Assembly: GCA_963693365.1 (NCBI GenBank)
Contig: CAVNZM010000002.1
Span: 16,401,615-16,465,614, forward strand
Reading direction: 5' to 3'
DNA length: 64,000 nt
Source: Amoebidium appalachense
Taxonomy: Eukaryota > Protista > Ichthyosporea
Positions 49,125-64,000 of this stretch are shown here, one piece after another (within the stretch, counting starts at the first letter, position 1; every line of letters starts with the position of its first letter). The notes under the pieces are model-generated. The model worked only from the letters and a program-made list of their open reading frames with translations. It was not told the DNA's origin and made no database searches. The translations under genes and the position numbers were made by a program.

Positions 49125-49901
49125 GTGGAGGCGGGGGGTTTCGCGTTTGACAATGTGGTGAATGGTCACTCTGAATAAGAAGATGCACATCCGGGAGGAT
49201 GAAGGGTGTGTGCACTGATCGCTTGGGTGCCTAATGTCGTGGCCATGTGCTAGGTTATAGAACTATTCAATATGCCCTTTTTTTTTTCCTTAAGCTTCAC
49301 GGTGAGAACTTGATTCCCCCATCTTCATTTCCCCTAAGACAGCGGCTAACGAGGGATGGAAATCGGATTCCGTTTTTTCCGCTTTCCTTTTCTTCGTTTC
49401 TTTTTATTCTATTTTCTTTTCTGTTCTAAGGCTTCTTATTGTTCTTCTCTCCCTACCTCGCTACCTCTGCCTTCCTCCCTCTCTCCCTCTCTCCTTCTCC
49501 CTGTCTCCCCCTCCTCCCCCCTCCCCCCCTTCTCCCCCCCCCCCCCTCCTCTGTCTGACAGTCTTTCTCTCTCTGTCTCTCCTTCTCTCTAACTGCTCTC
49601 CTTCTCTCTAACTGACAGGCGCTCTCTCTCTCCCTCTCTCTCCCCCTATCTGACTCTCTCTCTCTCTCCTGGCTCCTTCTCCCCCTTTTTTGCGCTCGCG
49701 CGTGTGTGTGTGTTTTGGGAGGGGGAGGGGAGATGGGTAACCCTGAAACTGTCTTGAACCGTTGCAAAGATTTAGAGGGAAAAGGTAGCAACGAAGGAAA
49801 GAGTAAGAGAAAGCTTTGCCATGCAAAGCCGGAAGTTTTTGTAAGGTAGGAAGGGGAGGGAGAGGCGGAGCCTGGGGTGGGGGTTGTGGTTTTTTTTTTT
49901 T

Positions 49902-49933
<32 letters not shown>

Positions 49934-51525
49934 GGGTGGGGGGTTACTGCAGCACTACCTTGGAATATGAGGAACAGATAATCTCAGCCGTTGTGTTGAT
50001 TGAGCGCAGAATGGTGGTGATCTGGGTGGCCTGCTCGGTGCTCACACGGTCAACCTTGTTGAGGATGATGACGTCGGCAAACTCGATCTGCGGAATGCGA
50101 GGAATGTGAGGAATGCGGCCCAAAGTATGCAGTTTACAGCATGGGTATATCCTTGTGTTAATGTGTGTATTTGCACATCTAGAGGTCAGTGAATGGAAGG
50201 TCGTGCTTGCAAGTCATAATCTGCAGCCGCAACCGTCATAGCAAATTCTATTTGCACGGGCTTGCATTATGTTATACACACCGTCCCCCAACTACCGTAT
50301 CAGCCACCGTACAGAACTGCTTCCCAATACACCACCATACATATCCTCCTTAACTCCTCAGGTTTGATATGCTACATATCTATATATTGAACACTTGGGC
50401 CTCATACCTACACACACACACACAGATAGATTCTCACAACTTGAAACCATTCAACCCCATCCCGCCCGCCTCCACCCCCCTCCTCTCCCCCACCTTCCCC
50501 TCCCCTCCCCCCCCCCCCCCCCCCCCCCCCTCAACCCCCTCCCCCCCCCCCCCTCCTACCTGATCCACCATCAGGTCGACAATATTCCGGTCATCCTCCT
50601 CCGTTGCCTTTGGATCTGTCTCGGCCACCGTGCGGAACTCACTGAAGGTGTCGAGAAAGTTGAATGCATCCACAACGGTCACGCACGTGTCCAGATATGC
50701 AATGTCACTGAGCGACCGCAGGCCTTCTAGTGCTCTTGCTGTGTTAGGGAATTGAAGCGAAACGCGTGTTTGTTAATCCCTTTAAAGATTTGCGGATTAC
50801 ATACTTAACACATTGAAAACAAAAGGCCTTGGGTATAGTATGTATTTGCAAAGTTTACATCGTATGCATTACGTACTTCTCAGGACGAATAAGTGTTCAA
50901 ACGAATGAAAGTAGATGCATGCGCTTGATAACTGCTCGACGGTGCAACTTCTAAATAAGGAAAAAAAGAAAACAGGAAGGGGGAATGGATGTGTGTCACG
51001 TTTGTGTATATGGGTGGCTCACAGCGGCGGCGGCGGTGGCGCATGGGTGTGCCGGGGGGAAGGGGGAGGGGAGGAGGGGGGGGGGGGGGGGAGGGGGGGG
51101 GGGGGGTAAGGGTGAAGACACACCGCTGGGTGTGACAGCCTTCTCTGGCGACTCGTTCCCATCATCCTCCTTCATATCATCTCCCTCTTTTGTGTCGTCT
51201 TGACTGGCCTCGAATGTGAATGTCTCGGCAACCTATGGGGTGGGTGTTTGGGTTTAGATGCATGGGGGGAAGTGGTTGTTGGGAGTGTAGCCTGGGGGGG
51301 GGGGGGGAGGGTAATCGATGGGGGGGGGGTGGGGGGGGTATACACGGGGGTAGGGGGGAGAGAAAGGGGGGGGGGGGGGGGGAGGAGGGGGAGAGGCAGG
51401 GGGGAAGGAGGGGGGGGGGGGGGGGGGGGCTGGCCAGGTCTACGGGGGTGAGTGAGTGGTTGAGTGAGTGAATGCCGAGCGTGTGAGTGAGTGTCATGAG
51501 TGACTGTGTCGGTGTGTGTGTGTGT

Positions 51526-51568
<43 letters not shown>

Positions 51569-51683
51569 GTCTGTGGGTGTGCGTGTGTGTGTGTGTGTGT
51601 CTGTGTGTGCACATGTGTGTCTGTGTGCGTGTGTGCGTGTGTGAGTGTGTGCGTGCCTGTGCCTGTGTGTGTGTGTATGTGTA

Positions 51684-51725
<42 letters not shown>

Positions 51726-52248
51726 TGTGTTTGTAAGTTTTACATACTAGTTTGCAAAGTAACTTGAACACCAGACCCCCGTATACAACGAACCCGATGA
51801 TGATATATGCAACACCAATAATAATTAGGGGGAAAGTATACCCCATGCAAAACCACCCATACAGAGACTGACATAAATGTGCCTCGAGTAACGGCGTAAA
51901 CGATTACTGCTGCATCCCTGTGCATATACCAAACAAATAGCAGACCTAAGGGCCGAGGGTCACCACTTGCCTGCATGGGCTCGCTGATGCCTGTGCTCTC
52001 AATGACCAGATAGTCAAAATCCCTGCTGCGGGCCAGCCGGGCAACCTCCACCAGAAGATCCTCGCGCAGGGTGCAGCAGATGCAACCGTTTTGCATCTGC
52101 ACCATTTTCTCGCCCACCTGCAGAAACACATGCATATGTTTGCGGTTATTTACTACGTATCCAACACGAGTTCGAATGACTAAATAAAGATCAAAAACTT
52201 ATCAATGCTTAATGAGAAAACAGAGGGTGCAGTACTAGTGTGTGTGCG

Positions 52249-52346
<98 letters not shown>

Positions 52347-52806
52347 TGTGTGCATGCATGCGTGTGTGTGTGCGCGCGTGCGTGTTTGTGTGTAACTTGT
52401 GACTTTGACTGTGTGTGTGTGTGTGTGCGTGCGTGTGTGCGTGCGTTGGTGCGTGCGTGCGTGCGTGCGTGCGTGTGTGTGTGTGTGTGTGTGTTGTCTG
52501 TTTACGCCCGGGCCTGCTTATGTGGTTAGGGCATGCATACTAATATTGACATCAGGAAGGCCTAGGGCCTGGGCATGCAACACACACCTGCATAACATTT
52601 TTGTTTGCGATGAGTGTTGCATCGATGTTGAGCTCCGCCATGTCGTTGACTATCACGGCACACCTCAGCCCGGACTTATTGCGCAGAATATGCTCCAGAA
52701 GTGTCGTTTTGCCGCTGCCAAGGAAGCCCGAGAGAAGCGTAACCGGTAGTTTCTTGGCCGCCGCGGCAGGCGAAGGGACGGAAGAAGTCGTTGCTGAGGG
52801 CGCCAT
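47083..52806 (-). CDS. COG0523 / CobW / ZNG1-type G3E GTPase zinc metallochaperone, about 547 aa; exons 52806-52588, 52117-51971, 51232-51124, 50738-50560, 50087-49959, 48968-48786, 48459-48249, 47549-47083
   Basis: [18 protein letters not shown] (Walker A), [25 protein letters not shown] (CxCC), [11 protein letters not shown]|VAETF, Q|[13 protein letters not shown], CobW_C motifs [34 protein letters not shown]. Confidence 0.96.
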
Positions 52807-53751
52807 GCTGCCATTCAGTAGTAATACTATGTCCGGTGACGCGTACGGCCGTGTTAATGCGGTGGACAAAACGTTAGAATGCTAAAAAGGTTGAATTAGA
52901 TGCTCCGGGCCGCGTTGCAAAGCTTGACTGAAGCAGCTGCTCGAAGTAGTACAGCGTATATGTGCCACTACCAGGTGCACCGACCCGAACAATTCTTTCA
53001 GTGAATAGATCTTGAAGCATGGCCTCGAGCTCGTTGTATCTATAGGAGGCCTTGTCTTGAAGTCGAGGAGGTCCCGACGGCCGACGGTCCGGACCCCGTC
53101 TGCATGCACTCTATAACTTCTACTCGTGAAAGTTTATGGCGCACTATGGAAGACACTTTATCAATCTGATTTTTTACTGGTTTGATGTCTGTTTGTAAAC
53201 TGCACGTACAACAAAATAATGCTGGCTCGAAAGTATGTTATGTATTGCTATTGAAATCTTGAAAGGCCCTTGTTGGCGCAACACATGCGGAAAGGTATAG
53301 GGGGATTCTATTTGCTCTGTTTACGTTCTCCCACCAATCACATCAAAGGAACCGATGTCGCATGCATTGCGTCAGTCGCCCAATCCGCGCTGCCGGCTGC
53401 ACGTCAGTTGCTGGAAAGTAAACACCTGTTCATACACGTGTCACAAGGCTTGCATGCGCCGGTTCAAACCGGAGTGTCCTCGGTGATCGTCCAACCCCAC
53501 GAGAATCCCAGACTCCAATATGCCTCCATTTTTATTGTTCTAGTAATCTTGTACACTTACGCCGAATTCTGTGTTTCATGACCAGAATCGGAAATATTAC
53601 CCAAGTACGTCGCACGTTGGACCCGGTGCTGCATGCATTGCCATACAGCAATTGCACTTACTCGACCTGCCTTGAAGTATGTACACAATCGGTTGCCGAC
53701 GTTCTCGGGCGTTCCCCAATGATATCAAGGAGCCCACACGTACACTGATGG

Positions 53752-53873
53752 ATGTATGTGCATCCACTATCTATGTAGTGGACGCACATACATGATATCG
53801 ATGGGTGTATGTACATATATAGTGGACGCACATACATGATGGGTGTATGTATGTACGTAGTGGACGCACATAC
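53752..53873. repeat. 18-bp inverted repeat plus two further direct copies of TAGTGGACGCACATAC in the divergent intergenic region
   Basis: Left arm 53752-53769 pairs with 53776-53793 (one mismatch); motif recurs at 53820 and 53858. Confidence 0.85.
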
Positions 53874-54596
53874 GGAAAGGTAGCCCTACGTGTCGTAATG
53901 AGAAAACTCTGCCAAGGGGTATTTATGATTGGTCCAGATCGAATCCGGTTCGATCAGATTAGCCATATATAGAAACTGCAAAAAACCGTTTTTACGCCCT
54001 ACGTATCCATCCTCAACTTCAGGTCTAATCAGTAGGATCCGGAAATCAAGGGTCTCAGATCAGCTCCCCAGTAACACTATGGCCCCCTATTTACAGCTAT
54101 GGGGCCTGCCTTCTTGTACATACATGTGCGCAGGCTTAGCGTACAGACGTGAATCACGTAGTGACACGTACACGATGCTTTGTACTAATTAGAACTGGTT
54201 GACGCATACGGCTGTACGGTGCAATTGGCTAACCGCTCGCCCACGCTGATTCGTCCAGTTACGACACTGGCAGACTGCTGCAACCCGACCCAGCTGAGTA
54301 ACTCGACACTGGATGGTTAACGTTGGCCCGGGGAATATGAAAATCAAGGGGTTCCATAACATATTCATGATCAATAAAGCTAAGTGTGTATATATATTGG
54401 GCTACACTTGGATGTGGTACTTCGCAAAGCTCCTTTCATATCCCCGCATTTCTTCTGTTCAAACACGATATCACACACCTATATATGTACATGTGTTCAC
54501 CAAGTGCTGCCCAAGTTCCCAACTCGAATCAACCCATATCAAGTGACCCGTGCACGCGCGTGTGATCACAACGAAAACACACCCTGCAAAGTCGGC

Positions 54597-54603
54597 TATA
54601 AAA
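54597..54603 (+). promoter_or_regulatory. Candidate TATA box of the His-rich secreted protein gene
   Basis: TATAAAA about 135 bp upstream of ATG 54735. Confidence 0.4.
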
Positions 54604-54734
54604 GTGTCTCGAGCTCATAGGATTTGGTCAGTTAAACTGGCGCGTTTCGATCTGCTGCAACCGCTGGTTAGTCAGATCTAGACGTCAGAAACACCTGCGC
54701 AGCCCGCCCAAAGCCCCCTCGAGCACCCTGCGCC

Positions 54735-55952
54735 ATGCGTGTGCATCGCTTCCCGTTAGGCCTCTTTGGCCTTTTGCTAGCTGTCGTTGTCTTTGCTCTC
54801 GTGTCCAACGCCGCAGAACCTACACCCACGGCAAACCCCAGCACCAGTGAGCACACGGGCCACGACCATGGCAATTCTCTCGGGCACGGCGAACACACAC
54901 TCTCAGTGACCGAAGCAAGCACCCTTACTACACCCCTTGCAACCCCTTCTGGAGAAGGCAACAGCACGCACGGCCAGGGACACGGACACGGCCATGGGGA
55001 CGACGAACACGACTTGCATGGAAAATCGCTGTATCGAAAAGATCTGCGCTGTGGGCCCCTTTTCCCGGCCGAGGGTAGTCCTTCCGGTGCCCTGTGTGAT
55101 GCAAATTCCTCCTACCCGTGCTGCTCGGCGGATGGCTACTGCGGGGTTGGTCCGGAGTTCTGCAACTGCACGGGGTGCCTTAACTACGAATGTACGTATA
55201 ATAAGTTTGCTGAGCTTGATGTCACTAGCTGCAGGTCTACAGTAGACCGGACATAGTATCATGTTTTAAATATAGTATGTTTTCTTTTTCTTTTTTTTTC
55301 TTTTTCTTTTTTCTTTTTAATCCCGTTTTGCTCTGGGGGGAGCCGTACAGGTCCCTCATGAGAGCCCCCCCGTCAGTTCCGCTACACGGACTGTGCCCAA
55401 TCTAGGGTGCTCACGTCACATAATCACGCACCGTAGCGGTTCTGTTAAGTGTCGTCACAATTCTGTACGTACGGGTTCAGGGCGCCATTAGTAATGTGCA
55501 GAGTTAATAGACCCGTACCATCATGATAGCCTGAGCCCCCTCTTCCAAACCTCTTTTCCTGTGTATGATTAGCTGGGTCAGGGTCCACATCTCTGTTCAG
55601 TATGTCACATTATTCTGAAACCACTCAACCTACAGTCCAGTGTGGGGGTCATGGTGAGCTTCACGGCGACCACTGCCACTGCAACCCCGGCTACGGTCTT
55701 CGATACACGAGAGACCGCGTCAGCCATACCCGAGACCTGACTACTTGTGTCGAGTGTGCGGGTGTGGGCAAGTTGGTCAACAAAACTTGCAAGTGCAATG
55801 AGGGATTCATGAATCCAGTCAATCGCACTGACAAATGCGAGCCTATTCCTCAAAGAGGTAAGGGTGAACATCCCCCTCCCCCCCCCCCACCTTCCACCCA
55901 CCCAAAACACACACACACACACACGCACACACGCACACACGCACACACGCAC

Positions 55953-55985
<33 letters not shown>

Positions 55986-57040
55986 TGAACCGTTGTGCAC
56001 GGAACATGTAACTTGGCACATGTGCACAGTGAATTAACAATTTGAAACACGGCATGTGGTTGGGGGGATGTGGTCTAGATCCTGTGTGTGTGTATGGACG
56101 GTGTCTGTGTCTGTGTGGGTGTGTATGCCACGACAGTGTGTGCCTGTGCGTGCGTGAGCGTGGCACTCATTTGTGTGTACATGTGTCTATCATACAGTGT
56201 ATCGTAATAACAATGCGTGGAGGGAGGGGAGGGGGCTCGAGGGCTGATGAGGCAGTACGGGAGCAGCTAGTCTAAGACATGGATCTATGAGGGAAAGTGG
56301 AGGTGTAGGAGGATTTTGTGACAATGTATATAAATCGCCGACTGTGGTGGTATGTGGAGCCCCAGCTGCTTGAGCCATTCTGCATACATGACGTACGGTG
56401 TCTTGACGTCAATTCATGTAACATGTGACAGCTTCTAATTTAAGGTCAGATTGACTCGTGCGGCAGCACTGCAAGCCGGTTACGTTAGCAACACTGGAGC
56501 AATAAGATAATAATCCTGCCACTGTCTCTATCATGCCGCGTATACCAGTTGCAAAAGCCCAGGTCACATAGTATAAGTAACACTAATATCTCCGGCAGAC
56601 ACCAACAGCACAGCAAAACCCTACTGCACCAACCCGGTGCCTACAGACATGTACCGTCAGGACTTCCGCTGCGGCCCACGCTACCCAACACTCAATGGAA
56701 CAGCGGCATGGTGTCACCCATCTTCGGGCCTGTTTTGTTGCTCGGTCAATGGCACGTGTGGCAACACAAAAGACCACTGCAAATGCCCCGGGTGCATCAA
56801 CTATAGGGGTAGGTGGCTGGCTATCCCTAGTACATATAGTGTCTGTAGTCTTTACAAGACGTCGAATTCATATTCAATGTGGCACAACCCTTATATGCAT
56901 CACGTCTAGTAGCTAGAATAATAATGTGGCAAATCAACAGTAGCAGCCTTTAAGTTAGGAGTATATCACTGCCATGTTGTTATGGGATAGCCTATATCAA
57001 GCCACTCTGTCAGTCATGCAAAGATTCTTTTGTTTGTTGA

Positions 57041-57135
<95 letters not shown>

Positions 57136-57145
57136 CGAGTCTCAA

Positions 57146-57185
<40 letters not shown>

Positions 57186-57688
57186 TGGGTCTGTGCAGTA
57201 TGCATTATTAACATGACTAGAGCCATCATATTACATTTTGGGCTCGGTGTAAAGGCGACCGATCCACAATGTATACATTTCTGTCTGTTGATGCCTGCTT
57301 ATGACAAATTTACGTAAGGATGTTGGGTTGCCTACAGCCTAGGTCATTGGATGGTTGCCCCCTTCTGGGGCAGTTGACTAGCAAAACGCTAAGTTGACAC
57401 TCTCTCCCCGTATCACATATGAACTTAACCATGTACCTAAAAACACCTATATGCTGAAGCAATTTCTTTCTTACCACAGGAGTAACATTGGACTCGCCTC
57501 GCTGCCAGCCAATCGTCGTCAATGCTTCAAACACCACCAACACGACCAGCATAGAATCGGCACAGGCTCAAAAGCTGCAAACCTCAAATGGCGCAGCATC
57601 TGTGAGGACCCAGGCACCTTTTAGTGAATGTGTGGCTGCGATAACCATAACGCTATGTTCTCTTCATGTGCACTTGTCTCTGTTGTAG
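54735..57688 (+). CDS. Secreted, predicted GPI-anchored His-rich protein with two hevein-like (chitin-binding type 1-like) Cys domains and two EGF-like modules, about 386 aa; exons 54735-55191, 55573-55857, 56599-56808, 57480-57688
   Basis: Signal peptide MRVHRFPLGLFGLLLAVVVFALVSNA; HTGHDHGNSLGHGEH and HGQGHGHGHGDDEHDLH; RCGP...C...CCS..G.CG....C.C.GC.NY twice; CGGHGELHGDHCHCNPGY; C-terminal SNGAA plus hydrophobic tail; three phase-1 GT-AG introns join in frame. Confidence 0.85.
57046..57186. repeat. (CT)n microsatellite in intron 3
   Basis: Two long CT runs. Confidence 0.9.
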
Positions 57689-58649
57689 AGATATGAAGCT
57701 TCCGGCAAGCCATCGGTGTGTGAGTCAGAAGTTACAAAGACTCCGTCTGACAGTGTTCTGTCAAATATTTTTAGTGCGACCACTTCAAGTTATTGTTACT
57801 GTAGGTCGTGCAATGGTCCCCGATTTTCCAACAGTACACAATTGCAGACGTTAAAAAGAAAAAAATAAGAATAAAAATGTGCAAATTTACTAACTTACAC
57901 CGTGCAACGTTAACGGCTTCATGTGCTTGATTATGCTCCCTGAATGTGGGGGTTGGCAGTGAAAATGTACAGGCGTGTGTCACAGCACCGTGCCACAGCT
58001 CTTTGAATGTGTGTGTCCCGGTAAGTGGGTGAGTGTGTGTGTGTGTGTGTGTGTGTCACGGTGTGTATGTGTCATGATGTGTGTGTGGGTGGGTGGGTGA
58101 GCGGGTGGGTGTGCATGAGTCAGACATTGTCTCACTGTGTGTTTGTGTGTGTGTGTGTGTCACGTGTGTGTTAAACTTTGTGTGTCACGGTGTGTGTGTG
58201 TGTGTGTGTGTGTGGCATGTGTGTGTGTGTGTGTACTTTTGAAATTGTGTGAATAAAAGAGTGGCTCCTTTTGCGTGTGTACACCGGTCACAGTGCATAA
58301 TGTTATGCATGAGCTACGCTTAGTAAGCCTTACGGCCCACATGGCTCCCCATGTAGCTCCCAGTGTGTTTGTATGTGTGTGTGAGTTTGCTTGTAAGTTT
58401 TGGACGGTGCTTGTGTGTGTTTGTAAGCTATGTGTGTGTGCATATGATTTTGTGTGTCACGGTGTGTAATGTGTTACAGTTACTTTAGTACACTGTGAGT
58501 TTGTGTTAGTGTGTATGGGCTGCAATTGTGCTGATGTAACACTACACTCTCTCTTTGTGTGTACATGTATGTTTTTGTGTATGTCTGGCGGTGTACGTGT
58601 GTGTGTGTGTGGGTGGTGGGTGTGGGTGACTGTGTGTGTATGTGTCACG

Positions 58650-58681
<32 letters not shown>

Positions 58682-58782
58682 GTTTGTGTGTGTTTGTGTG
58701 TGTGTGCGTATACGCGTGTGTGCGTGACACTGTGTGTGTGTTTGTGTGTGTGTGTGTTTGTGTGTTTTTGTGTGTGTGTGCG

Positions 58783-58847
<65 letters not shown>

Positions 58848-59460
58848 ACACTGTGTATGTGTGTGTGTGTGTGTGTGTGTGTCACACTGTGTATGTGTGT
58901 GTGTGTGTGTGTGCGCGCGCACGCGCGTGTGCGTACGCACATGTGTCACACATGTGTGGCCCACGGTGGGTGGGTATACCGGTTGGTTTTTTTTTTGGTT
59001 TTTTTGTTTGTTTTTTTTGTGGGGGGGGGGGGGGGGGGGGGGGGGGGGTTGCATGTGTGTTCCTCCCGTCATATGTAGTATGCACCTTGATATGCGAAGT
59101 TGCTGTGTGTTGTTGGCTCTTACAGCCACGGGGCCTTGCATTGCGAGCAACAAACAACCCATGATTCCACCGTGACCATCCATAATATCTGTCCTCAGAA
59201 TCAAACTTTTGCATGCTTGAAATGACCGAAAACCACAGGTGCGGGGCCATGTGTTTACTGCTTGCCAGGCCTCTCTCTGCCTGCAGAGCTGTTCATTGGT
59301 TGCATATCACACCCACCGTCCAAAACGATAGGGCCCTAGAGCAACATGTCAGTGCTGGCCCAGCCAGCGCATTTTAAGTACTTTACCCGTTGGCTTCTTT
59401 CTAATCTCCCCCCCCCCCCCCCCCCCCCAAACAACAACAACCAAACATACATGCACATAC

Positions 59461-59498
<38 letters not shown>

Positions 59499-59539
59499 AC
59501 CCAAACAACAACAACCAAACATACATGCGCATACACACA

Positions 59540-59583
<44 letters not shown>

Positions 59584-60009
59584 GCCACCAAATTCGTGAT
59601 AACATAAACATGTGCCGTTTGCATGTCATCCTAGGGCCCTGCATACACTCCAAATTGTACACAACCACGAACAATGTTCTCCATATGTACGATTTCTGTC
59701 TGTTCAAGAGTGTTTGGAATACTCGAATGAGTGTGTTTTTGCGTGCTGGGGGACGGTACAGGTGTATGTATAATGTGTAAACATTCATTACAATTTATGT
59801 TTTGACTGCTAATGTATCATGCGACAAAGTTTAACAGGCAAGTCTATGAGACCCCACAGGACTCGATTCCCCACCACCAATGTACACACACAGTCGGGTG
59901 CAACCAGGAGAAACATACATCATTCGTTACATATTCCATCTGTACAAAATCGGCTGTTTCTTCATATCAGAGTCGCTAGTTTTTTTTTTTCACCGTCGCC
60001 CCGTTCTCC

Positions 60010-63511
<3,502 letters not shown>

Positions 63512-64000
63512 CTACACTATCGAGATCAGAAATATACGACGTCGAGGGGGTGCAAGGGGTGGTTTGCAGTTTGAAAGATACAACATACGGTCAAAAAGGT
63601 ACACCCGAGGCTAGGCAGACACATCCGAGTGGTTGAAAAGCCAACGAAGAGGAAATTGACTTAAGAGAGGGAGTGGGATGGGGGGAGGGGGAGAGGGAGG
63701 GGGGGGGATCTCCCTCCCTTGGTTCTCTTCTATCCCTTTCCCTCTACACACACTTCTCCGGCTTGTAAGAGTGTGTTGATGTGTGTGCTTGTGCGCATGC
63801 GTGCGAGTTTCCATGCAGTACATGCACGTGCATAGGGCAGAGTGCCGTACATGGGGCTGCTCGGGGGAGCGGGGGAGGGGTCGGGAGGGGGAGCCGCGGG
63901 GGGGGGGGGGGGGGGGGGGGGGAGGGTAATACATTTTGGTATTGGCCTGTGTGTGTGTGTGTGTGTGTTTGTGTGTGTGTGCGCGTGTATGTGTTTCTTT

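Noticed and set aside
52807-54734. Known zinc-response elements (Zap1 ACCTTNAAGGT, MTF-1 TGCRCNC) in the divergent promoter
   Set aside because: No full Zap1 match seen; TGCRCNC hits (53105, 54551) are uninformative because the heptamer is common in this repeat-rich DNA

Overview
Eukaryotic nuclear DNA with intron-rich genes whose introns are full of poly-C/poly-G and (CA)n/(GT)n tracts. Almost all ORF-track entries are translations of these tracts and are not genes. A nuclear NDUFS3 with a targeting peptide, a RasGEF and the H4 sequence fit an opisthokont, plausibly a unicellular holozoan (inference only). Genes spliced by hand: 3' part of a pyruvate dehydrogenase kinase (+), three identical tRNA-Thr(AGT), a two-intron histone H4 (+), NDUFS3 (-), a TIN2/TRFH-like helical protein with a disordered AT-hook tail (+), a COG0523/CobW/ZNG1-type zinc metallochaperone GTPase (-), a head-to-head His-rich, Cys-rich, predicted GPI-anchored secreted protein (+), and the 3' part of a RasGEF (-). 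Positions 7.2-21.5 kb are a nest of transposons: a solo LTR inside a Ty1/copia element with identical LTRs, inside a split-direct-repeat (Ngaro/PAT-like) tyrosine-recombinase retrotransposon, possibly inside a decayed MULE. Most interesting candidates: (1) a putative zinc-scavenging gene pair (CobW GTPase plus surface-tethered His-rich 'zincophore'), (2) a TIN2-like shelterin candidate, (3) a 5'-truncated repeat family whose 3' ends abut poly-C instead of poly-A. All family assignments come from motif recognition by eye; no searches were run.
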